From Gekko japonicus (lineage: Eukaryota): DNA of 64,000 nucleotides. Below the pieces are notes generated by a model, which searched no databases, was not told the origin of the DNA, and saw nothing but the letters and a program-made list of their open reading frames with translations. The position numbers and the translations under genes are program-made. Numbering within the stretch: the stretch's first letter is position 1; each line of letters opens with the position of its first letter. The stretch spans positions 372,001 to 436,000 of the forward strand of contig NW_015167536.1 in assembly GCF_001447785.1 (NCBI RefSeq), in the 5' to 3' direction. Of this stretch, positions 1-9,862 are shown piece by piece.

Positions 1-231
1 AAAAGTCCCTTTCATTAATATCATGAATAAGACAACAAGTGGCATCTGTTAATTCCATCCTTTGGCCAGATTTACAGTTCAAAGACGTTGGAGCTAGGGA
101 GAGAGACTCAAAACTCTGGAGACTGACAGGGATCCTTTCCAATCATCAATTAAAAGATTTTGTAATAGAAGCAAACAGCTGATATGTCTTTCTTTCCTCA
201 GTGTTCCCACCAACTTCAGGTGGGTGCTTTT

Positions 232-576
232 TAGGGATGCCAAGTCCCCCCAGGGGGCGGGGAACCCCCCGCCCGGGAGGCCCGTTCCCCGCCGCCGCCA
301 GATCAGGCCCCCGGGGGGAACCCCACCCCCAAAGCAAGTCACACGGAAGTGACGCAAGCATGTCGGGGATGTTGGGGGCGGGGCCACAATCATCCAAAGG
401 AAAACTCTATGGTTTCCCCTCGGATGATTCTGGCCCCGCCGCCAACGTCCCCGACGTGCTTGCGTCACTTCTGTGTGACGTGCTTGCGGCGTGCACGCGC
501 TTTGCGCGTGTGCAAAAACTCCCAGAGCAAGGCTGGACTCCCCCGCTCCGGAACAGGTAAGCACTTGGCAACCCTA
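232..576. mobile_element. Non-autonomous hAT-type DNA transposon (MITE) with TAGGG(T/A)TGCCAA termini
   Basis: Starts TAGGGATGCCAAGT and ends ACTTGGCAACCCTA (inverted termini). Perfect 8-bp TSD GTGCTTTT at 224-231 and 577-584. GC/CpG-rich and internally palindromic. Confidence 0.9.
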
Positions 577-1633
577 GTGCTTTTATATACATGATGCTCC
601 TGTTCACCTACGCCCCTCTAGTGATTGCAGCTGCCACTTCTATAGAATGAAGGGTTCCACTGTTTCCTTTCCCTTGTGGCTAAGCACTAGTTTTAGCAGC
701 CCCAGAGGCAGATTCACAGGGGGCACAGATACAAATATGACTGCTTCTTCAGATGCTAGGCAGAACTGCAGGCAAGGGTGGGGGAGAGACTGAACTAAGT
801 GTTGTGCTTGCATGCCCTGAAAGCCAGACAGAGCTACGGACTGAGGAGGGTGGGACAAGCATTATACTCCTTCCCCAACAATTGCTGCCAGAAGGTAGGC
901 AGGTTAAGGAGAAAAACATTTTGCTTGCAACCCCAGAATGCCAGGCAGTACTGCCTTTGTATATTGTCCCAGGACACTCATTCCTTGCCACGTCCTCCAA
1001 AAAGCCCTGCACTAAACCTTTGGGAAGGAGGCTGACACCAGCAGTGCCAGCAAGATAACCTCCATGCTCAATACACCCTCTCTTGAGCCTAACACCCCCC
1101 TTTGCCTATGGTGCTACTCTGTCTGGACTTTGCCTGCAAAATAGCAGTATCCTGCCTTGGGAAACCTGCTGCATCCAAGGGATCGTTTTGATCAGAAAAA
1201 GGGATGTGGGGAACTTGGAGATGTACATCAAGAAAATCACAGCCAGGATTTGTCTTTTAGAGTCCTTGTCTTTCTTGGTATGTGAAACACTGCCCCCCCT
1301 CAAAACTCTACCTTTGGGGTGCCAAATGCAAGCCTCAGTTTCATATTGCCTCTTTTTTATTTTAAAATGGGTTCAAAATATACGGATTTGTTATTTTCCG
1401 ATAGTGCTCTGTGTACTGGACGTGTTGGGTTGCTTGAAAATTAATGATATACTTGAGTTACATTTGGGTTTGCTTGGTTTGTTGTAATTGTCACTGTATT
1501 GATCGTTTGCATCAATCAAAAGTTGAAAAGAGGGCGGAATGGGATTAACCCCGTGTATGCCACACTGAGTTATTTGGAGGAGCGATAGGATATAGATGCA
1601 GTAACCAAATACTCTCCAAAAGGCACTGCTAGG

Positions 1634-1932
1634 CAGAGCTGGCCCAAGGGTCTTTGATACCCTAGGCAAGCAGGAACTCAGGCCATGGATGGGACTCTAG
1701 GAGCTGGCAAGGTGGGCGGGTAGGTGGCAAGGTCAGTAGTGATGGCAGAGCTGGCTCTTCCTTCCTGTTTTCTGCCCTCACGATGATGTGGATGGCGACT
1801 GAGCAGGCAGGACCCCAGTCTCAGCATGGGCCAGGGGTGGTGCTCAGGATTGCTGCTTGCCACCCCCGGCTCCCCTTGCCTCTCTGGCACCTGAGGCTAT
1901 TGCCTAGTGTATTTAGTGGGTAAACCACTTCT
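1634..1932. mobile_element. Degraded hAT-like MITE (CAGGGCCGGCCC-type termini)
   Basis: 5' end cagagctggcccaagg...ccctaggcaa and 3' end ggcacctgaggctattgcctagt...gtgggtaaacc resemble old amniote hAT MITE ends. No TSD recognised. Confidence 0.4.
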
Positions 1933-2024
1933 TCCACTAGGTGATTTTTCAAAGTATTTAGAGAGATAATAGGTTGTATCATCTAACCAATGATCAGGCA
2001 ATAAGTTCATTTCACACATGCACT

Positions 2025-2510
2025 ATGTAGAAAAGAGTAACAGTCCAGGAGCACCTTAAAGACTTTTAAAAAACTGTGGTAGGGTATGAGCTTTTGTGAG
2101 TCACTGCTCACTTCCTCAGAGGCCGATAGATCAAGATGGGTAGGGTTCTTTTTGTAGCAGGAACTCCTTTGCATATTAGGTGACACACCCGTAACGTAGC
2201 CAATCCTCCAAGAGCTTACAGAGCTCTTCTTACAGGGGCTACGGTAAACTCTTGGAGGATTGGCTACATTAGGGGTGTGTCGCCTAATATACAAAGGAGT
2301 TCCTGTTATAGCTGTGTTAGTCTGTCTGTAGCAGTAGAAAAGAGTAAGATTCCAGTAGTACCTTAGACTAACAAAATTTGTGGTATCTGAAGTGAGCAGT
2401 GACTCATGAAAGCTCATATCCTACTACAAATTTTCTTAGTCTTTAAGGTGCTACTGGACTCTTGCTCTTTTCTACTGCTACAGACTAACACGACTACACA
2501 TCTTGAGCTA
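2025..2510. mobile_element. Penelope-like retroelement terminal fragments in inverted arrangement, with hammerhead-like motifs
   Basis: ctgtgttagtctgtctgtagcagtagaaaagag...tccagtagtacctt at ~2312-2365 is the inverse of aaggtgctactggactcttgctcttttctactgctacagactaacac at ~2445-2491. CTGA..stem..GAAAGCTC cores at 2387-2415 (+) and 2119-2088 (-). Confidence 0.75.
2143..2310 (+). mobile_element. Palindromic MITE (CAGGGCTTTTTTTGTAGCAGGAACTCC family) nested between Penelope fragments
   Basis: gcaggaactcctttgcatattaggtgacacaccc...tagccaatcctccaagag pairs with ctcttggaggattggctac...ggtgtgtcgcctaatatacaaaggagttcctg. The same head occurs at 2745. Confidence 0.75.
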
Positions 2511-2532
2511 CATGCACTATGTATTAGACATC

Positions 2533-2928
2533 CAGGGCTCTTTTTGTAGAAAAAGCCCAGCAGGAACTCATTAGCAAAATAGGCCACACCCGACAGCAGA
2601 AACTCATTAGCATATTAGGCCATACCCCTGCCAGCACAGCTCATTAGCACATTAGGCCACGCCCCCATGTTACCAGAAGTGTGGTCATAGAGCCACACCC
2701 ACCTTTTGCTTCTCATTCTGTTTACCTTGTTTGTTGTCAAAACTCAGGGCTTTTTTTGTAGCAGGAACTCCTTTGCATGTTAGGCCACACACCCCTAATG
2801 TAGCCAATCCTAATGAGTTTCTGCTGTTGGCTGTGGCCTGTTATGCTAATGAGCTCCTGCTGGGCATGGCCAACTCGGGAGCCAGCCGGAACTCCGTCCC
2901 TGTGCATTCCTGCCCAAAAATAGCCCTG
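2533..2928 (+). mobile_element. Two adjacent copies of the CAGGGCT-terminated MITE family
   Basis: Heads cagggctctttttgtag (2533) and cagggctttttttgtagcaggaactcc (2745), terminal aaaaatagccctg (2928), and internal repeated aactcattagca..taggccacaccc units. Confidence 0.7.
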
Positions 2929-3584
2929 CTTCTAATAATGCTCAGGGTAAAAGAACACAGAAGTACACCGGGAGGCAAAAAAGCAGGGCACCCTCTAAGT
3001 AGAGACAAAACAAAATACAGGCCACTAAAAATGTTTTAACTATTAAATCACAATGCTCGGACAGGGGGTTAAGTCCCCTTTCCCCTATCATGTGGGAGAC
3101 AATCAAGACAAAGCATACTTCTAAAAGAAGAGCTTTAGCCAAACACAGAAAAACTTGAGGTATATGTTAGCAAAGATCATAGGCAACTGAAAGGCCTATG
3201 GAAGAAGTCAGAGAAAACTTCAGCAGTCCATTCTGACCTTCCAGTCACTGCTTCTTCCAAGAAGGCTTACAGCAGATTTAACTTTCAATGTACACATTGC
3301 TGTGTTTCCAAGTAGTTGCCTCCAACTGCTTCTAAACAGAAAGTTTGCACATCTGTTGAGAGATGATACCCAGATGCAAATTTTGAGCATTGGCCAAAAA
3401 AAAAAAAAATCCCCAAGAAGAATCATCGTCCTTAGTTGTTTTGGAAGTGTGCAGAACTTTATTGCTTGGTCTCTATATGTCATCATCATCGTTTGAGTCA
3501 TCTTAATTGTTTGCAGGGCCTTTATCCCACTTACGTATTGGCAGACTGTGCATAATAAAAAAGATGCAGCACTTCTAAAGTAGT

Positions 3585-3800
3585 TTGCAGTTTCCCAAGC
3601 TCATTTTCTCAGTAATCCTTACAAACTCCCTGGAAGGTAGGTCACTGGTGTTCTCACCGTACTGCAGATTGGGGGGTGGGCCTGAAGCTGAGGAGCAACG
3701 GACTGCCTAATAAAGTCACCTGGGGAGTTCATGGTGGAGACTGACTTTGAATCAAGATTTCCTGGTTACTGCTCAGCTGTTCAGAACATGATCCTACATT
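3585..3800 (-). mobile_element. Old MIR/CORE-type tRNA SINE fragment
   Basis: taatccttacaaactccctggaaggtagg...tgcagat...ctgagg...gtcacctggggagttcatgg...gactttgaatc matches the reverse orientation of a CORE-SINE layout. Confidence 0.55.
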
Positions 3801-4109
3801 AACTGTCATTGCACATGGCGATGACACTCTGGAAATTTAGGAGTGCATCTCTCTTTAGAATAACGGGCAAGAATTTCCACTGATTCCTCCTCCTATGCAG
3901 ACCTTCACTTTGCTCTGTGTTGTTTCTGAGGAACTGTTGACTTGCAGGAACAAAATTGGAGGTGGGGATTGCTCAGGCTTGCAGTATGAGAAGGAAGTGG
4001 GAAAATGCTCCTCCATGATGTCCCTTCCATGAACAGATCTCATTGGGAAAAGCACCCGTGGTCAGTACAAACATCCTGGAAAAGCAGTTCTTTAGAGTAT
4101 TAGACATAT

Positions 4110-4543
4110 CAAAGGTGTCAAATATAAGGCTTGGGGGCCAGAACTGACCTGTCTAGGGTTCTTATGCGGCCCATGAGCAACTAGTGCAAGCGAGGGAACA
4201 GGAGACTGCTCAGGGAGGAGTGGGTGGAGCCACTGCAATTGTGGCTTCAGCATGGCGGAACAACCTCATCTGCAGCAGTCAAGCAGTGTGGGAGCATCTG
4301 CCCAGTGCTGCACTATTGGCTCTCCAATCTGCCCATATGGGTTTTCCTTTGCACCCCCCTTCCCAGTCCGTGGGGCCTTGCAATGAGAATACAAGAACTC
4401 GGAGCTTACCAGCTGCTGTCCTTTTTACAGTTTATATATCTGGTGGTACCTGGCATTAGGTTTTATGGCACACATGCCCCCAGCCAGCAAAGTGACATTT
4501 ATGCCAGATCCAGCCCTTGAAACAAATGAGTTCAGCACCTCTG
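4110..4543. mobile_element. Degraded hAT-Charlie-like MITE
   Basis: Ends caaaggtgtcaaat... and ...gagttcagcacctctg resemble CAGGGGTGTCAAAC / GTTTGACACCCCTG termini. Internal tgcggccc motif. Confidence 0.55.
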
Positions 4544-5056
4544 AGATGATTCTCAGAGTGTAGGATTGAAGTTGACTGTTACTTGCGTATTCGCAATACA
4601 GCTTATCTGTATCTTCTCTCCTCACCTCAGAAAGACATTCACACAGTGCACAAAGTATGAATCTGCTACATACATCTTTAATCAGCAGCCGGACAAACAC
4701 TTGTAAGGGATGCCCTAGGCCTGTATTGCCCCTTCCAACTGTGTAATTTGGTGCTTCTGTGATATGCAATACATAGATGGGTGGCAACCTAAGAAAGGGC
4801 CTTCTCAGTTGTGGCACTCAAAGTATGGAATTCCTTTCCCTAGATCATTGTGTCCCACCGCTGGGTAAAGACTTATCTGTTTCATTTGGTCTTCCCTCAC
4901 TGACCCCCCCACCTTTCTGTTCATGTGCTTTGTTAAGTGTATATACACACACACACACACACACATATATTGCATTTTAAAAGGTTTTTTTAATGGTTCT
5001 GATTGATTGCTGCCTTGGGGACACTATGTTGGGTGGAAACATGGTATTAAAAGGTG

Positions 5057-5073
5057 ATAGATAGGTAGATAGG

Positions 5074-5142
<69 letters not shown>
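5057..5142. repeat. (GATA)n microsatellite
   Basis: Direct reading of tandem GATA/GGTA units. Confidence 0.97.
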
Positions 5143-5359
5143 GTTCACCGCACAGAACAACAAATGCTAAATATATAGACATGGGAACTTTAAAAACATC
5201 AAGATGGTCTTGCTGGATCAGATAAAGGCCTACGAAGTTAGCATCGAGTTTCCATGAGGATCCAGCCTGATGCCCCCAGAATGCTCACAATTGAGCCTGA
5301 AGGGTACAGATCATCTCCTACTCTTTGCCTCTAACATTCAGCATTCTAATCCTCTGATG

Positions 5360-5635
5360 AGCCAGTTTGGTGTCATGGTTAGGAGTGTGGACTCCAATCC
5401 AGAAGAGCCAGGTTTGATTCCCTGCTCCTCCACAGGCAGCTGTTGGCGTGACCTTGGGTCAGTTACAAGTTCTTTCAGAGCTGTTCTCTCAAGTACAGTT
5501 CTTGAAAGAGCTCTCTCAACCCTACCTACCTCACAGGGTGTCTGTTGTGGGGAGGGGGAGGGAAAGGAGATTGTGAGCCATTCTGAGACTCCTTCGGGTA
5601 GTGAACGGTGGGGTATAAATCCAAACTCTTTTCTC
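5360..5635 (+). mobile_element. tRNA-derived SINE, Squam3-like
   Basis: Box A-like tggtgtcatggttagg, box B-like ggtttgattcc, body gaccttgggtcag...cctacctcacagggtgtctgttgtgggg, and tail gggtataaatccaaactcttttct. Confidence 0.8.
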
Positions 5636-7459
5636 ATCTCTTCTCTAACATCTAGTTTACCATCCATCTGCATTAGGGCTTTAGTTAGAGATTTTGCAGC
5701 TATGAATCTGCTTAATTCTCTTTTCAGTCTATCAAATGTGGTTGTTACCATGTTTTGCAGTGGTGAATTTCCTTGGTTGGATCCAACCAGCTTTTACACT
5801 GGTGAACAAAGGCTATGTTGGGGATTCTGGGATCTGTGTGGGGGAAAAGTCATGTGGAATGGAGGCTGTAATAAGATTGGTGAAAAAGGGATGAAGCCCC
5901 TCCATTAAAAGGCTATGTTGGGGATTCTGGGACCTGTGTGGGGAAAAAGTCATGTGGAATGGAGGCTGTAATAAGAAGGGGAACTGGCTGAGACTGACTG
6001 GCCAAGCTGGATCCAACCCAAGCTGGATCCAACCCCTAGAGTTTACTAGGTGTTATATGGATTCACTGAGATGTTTTCAAATATTTGTTCGCTTTTGTGA
6101 GCATAATCCTCTGTGGAATACTGAGGTAAAAATCCTCCTTAATGAATAAGAAAGAACACATGTAGTTATAGCACACATAGTTGCATTTTGTCTGAAAGGT
6201 TCTTCCATTCAAAGCACAAACCTGCAGTTCAAACTTCTGACTTTGGAAGCACAAGGTTCTGTAAATGAAGCAAGAGACGGTGCTTCTGTGATGAAAAAAT
6301 ACCACACCACTTTCTATTTGAAAGTAGTATTGTGTCACTAGCAATCACCTTTCCCACCTATATCCCTACTAAAGATGCAGGGGCCATTATGTGACAGACT
6401 GTTTTTACCTGTGTTTGGTACAATGTGCCCAACACTAATAGTTTTTTATAATTATCTATATTACATTTATATCCTGTTGCATCCCATGGGCTCAGAGACC
6501 CTGAAAGCAGTTTTCTGCAAATGCAGATGTTTCTGTCGCCTCTGCCCTTCTGGTTCTGTATGGCTCAACCTTGAGACACCTGGGAGGGTACATGCATGCA
6601 ACAAATACACACTGTCTTTGAGCTATATCTTCTGGGCATAGGCACTCCCCGCTGGGCCCCTTCACACTGCAGGTGGAGAATTCTGTTTTGGAATTCTTCA
6701 TTGTGTTAAAAACTCCCTGCCAGTAGAAAACCAGCACAGCAAGCAACGGGGGGAAAGTGGCAGGGAAAGAATCTTTCTGCCTGTAGTGCTTCTTTTCTGC
6801 GTGCAGGGATTTTTTTAACACAAATAAATATGCAAAACTGAGATCTACCACCTGTAGTCTGAAGGCAGAATGGACTGCATCACATCACATGGTTTTACCA
6901 CCTCATTCTACAGCACATGTAATTCATTAACTTGTTGATTCAGTTTCTGGGTGAAGCTGGACACCTAGCTTTCCTCCCTCTAGTGAGCACTGAATTTGGC
7001 TGCCATCAGATAATGGGAATGAAGTGGAACCAGGTTGTCTGGACAGATCCAATGAACACTGGACATGACAACCTGTAAGCACTGGACAAGTTAGATGGCT
7101 CAGTGAATGGTACATATGTATTGTCTGTCATTCTTCAAGAGCACCTACCTGACATTGTCTAGAAAACTGATAATTCACACTTTCTCTAGACAGCTCAGAA
7201 CTTATCTACCCACTGATATCTCAGTTTCAGTGCACTGTCCCCACCACAACACTGTGTTTCTGATATCCTTCCTGCCTAGACCAATAGCTGTCAAACCAGG
7301 TTCTGAAGAAGCCTTGCGGGTGTTTCTTAGTTAAATGTCCAGCAATGGCAGACAAAAGGGCAACTTGTGGTGCAGAGCCCTAGGCAATTGTTGGCTCTGC
7401 CCTAGGGTGCACTAGGCAGGACAACAGCAGGACCCAATAAGCCTGGTTGATACTGCAGA

Positions 7460-7676
7460 TAGGGATACCAGCTCCGGGTTGGGAAATACCTGGAGATTTT
7501 GGGGGTGGAGCCTGAGAAGTGCAAAGTTTGGGTAGCGGAGGGATGTCCATAGGGTACAAATGCCATAAAGTCCACCTTCCACAGCAGCCATTTTTTGCAG
7601 GTAAACTGATCTCTGACGCCTGAAGATCAGTTGTAATCCCAGATCTCCAGTTGCCACAGGGAGGTTGGCAACCCTA
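7460..7676 (+). mobile_element. hAT MITE, TAGGGTTGCCA family
   Basis: tagggataccagctccgggttgggaaatacctggagatttt ... ggaggttggcaacccta. Homologous to the copies at 8684 and 12932. Confidence 0.85.
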
Positions 7677-8683
7677 ACTTGCAAATGAACTGAGAAAGCC
7701 CCCCCCCAACTTGCCACAGAACCTTTAGGAAGGCACCCCGTTATGTGACAGGTACATCATAGGAAGACAAATCAATGTGGAATGGGGTTCATGAGATCAT
7801 GAAGTTAGAGCACTCTGTTAATACAGTATTCCCCCCCCCCCAACTTTGGTTGTCCGCTCCTTTGAATCAGAGCCTGTCTTTTAGCTCTGCAAACACCATA
7901 CACAGAGAGGTACCTTCCCTCTCCAAATAAACAGAATTGGTAGTGCAGCAAAATCCCACCTACGCTTCTTTGGGAGATATTACTCACTGGGTTCAAAAGG
8001 TACAGGTGACCCTCTGCTGAGCCATATACTTGAAGCACCACTCCAATATGAGCCGTATACCATATCTTTGCCTCTGCTTGCCCTCACAGAGACCAGCCAG
8101 GCTCACACCACACAGAAGCAAGTACCTTTCTCCTATCTGTTATAACAACCGTAATAAATAAATCACCCTCTGAAGTACGGAATGCCTATGGTAATTCTGC
8201 TTCTTATGCTCACCAGGCTATGGGTGCTTGCTGTGGTTCTCGTGGGCTGGGAATGCAGCCATTGCTCCCTGCTCATATGACAGGAGGCTCACTCTTCGCA
8301 CAAAGAATCCATCAGAACAGAAAAGGGTCTTATCTAGCTGGAGCCTTGCATCATAGCATGCTTTAGCCTAATGGGAAATGCCGCTCCTGTCATTAATAAG
8401 CACCATGCTAGTTGCCGTGAAGACTGTGACAAAAATAAAATAGGCTGTCTATGTGTTTTTAATTGAGTTATTTGACAATAACTGTGTTTTAATTGCTTAA
8501 ATGATTTAATGTTTTTTTATGTTCTGCCGCCTTGTAAATCCTGATCGGGTGTAAAGTTGGCATAAAAATGTTTTTAAATAAAAAGAACAAATAAAAACCT
8601 GACCAACTACAGAGGGACCAGCTTTTCATATTTGTTATGAATCAGTTGCATGGGTTTGGGGATTGTCCAAAGATCCTTTCAAC

Positions 8684-8980
8684 AAGGGTTGCCAGCTCTG
8701 TGTTGGGAAATACCTGGAGATTTTGAGGGTGGAGCCTGAGAAGTGCAAAGTTTGGGTAGCGGAGGGATGTCCATAGGGTACAAATGCCATAAAGTCCACC
8801 TTCCACAGCAGCCCAGATTTTTGTCTTCGCTCAGGAAGATTGACTCTAGAGCCAACTAATTTATGCAGTAGCCAAATCGCTCGCTCACAAATTTCATGCC
8901 AGTAGCTCACAGAGTAGAATTTTTGCTCACAAGATTACACAGCTTAGAGGGAACATTGCCTGTTACAGTTGGCAACCCTG
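8684..8980 (+). mobile_element. Chimeric MITE: TAGGGTTGCCA-family element with a nested 3' part of the CAGTGTTCCCTCT family
   Basis: 8702-8813 matches the 7460 copy. 8812-8958 matches the 3' half of the 17898 element (...cagcttagagggaacattg). Ends ttggcaaccctg. Confidence 0.8.
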
Positions 8981-9619
8981 CCTGTCACAGAACTATTCTT
9001 AATTACCCAATTGCATTAAAATCAAAGTTCTCTGTGTGTGTGTTTATTTATGGCAAAATTGCTACCTTTTGTAGCGAGGTCCCTATGCATGACAAGCAGC
9101 AACATTCATATACCACTTTCATGAATGGTGATTCCTTCAAAGTGGCTGTCAAGAATAAAACCACAATGAAAGCACACATCAAATACAATAATATATGAGT
9201 GAAAATGATTTAAAAGGCACAAGCCCAGGCATGGACCTGGGTATGGTTTGAATGTCCATGATACAGTGACCTTGCTTAAGCTAATCTGGTCAGTGCCTGC
9301 AGAAGAGACATCCTTGAACCTTATGCACCTCTCCAAAATGGAAGAACAGTGTGATATGAAGGTCATGAATAAACACAAACTTTCCAATAGTAACTATAAT
9401 CAGTAATCGGAGAAATCTTGGCAACCGGAGAAATGCATCCTACCTTTCAGAACAAGGTCTTAATTGGCTGCCAACAGCATGGCCACCCTACAAGTCCCAA
9501 TGGGGACAGAAATGTCAGAGTATGGGCACCATGGCACAAATTAATCTGCTCCATGGCCTTGCAGAGAGACTTCAAGTTCTGAGTACTGAGCAAGACCTCT
9601 CAAATCTTATTTAAAAGGG

Positions 9620-9862
9620 AGAAAGTGTTCTCTGAGAAGGACCAGATCTAGCATGTTCATGGGCATGAAAGGGAATTGCAAGAACCTTGAACTGGACCCA
9701 GAACCTGAGGAACAGCCAGTGCGGCTGAGGTAGGTAAGGTGGTGCAATCTGGGCCCTGATGGCTCATTCGGGTCTACAGACAAGTTGCTGGGTTTTGCAC
9801 AAGCCGTAGCTTCAAAGCGGTCTTCAAGGGCAGCCTCGTACAGAGCTAATTACAACATTCTT
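9620..9862 (-). mobile_element. L2 LINE ORF2 C-terminal fragment (pseudogenised)
   Basis: Minus strand tgttgtaattagctctgtacgaggctgcccttgaagaccgctttgaagctacggcttgtgcaaaacccagca resembles the L2 motif DYCNxLxxGLPLKxxxKLQLVQNAAA, with frameshifts. Confidence 0.7.

Noticed and set aside
1165-1190. KTIPWMQ in minus-strand ORF 1106..1303 as a Hox hexapeptide
   Set aside because: Lacks the Y/F-P-W-M-K context, lies in CpG-poor DNA and has no associated homeobox.
5270-5908. 212-aa and 137-aa ORFs
   Set aside because: They run through a SINE and CR1-like fragments, with no protein-family signature.
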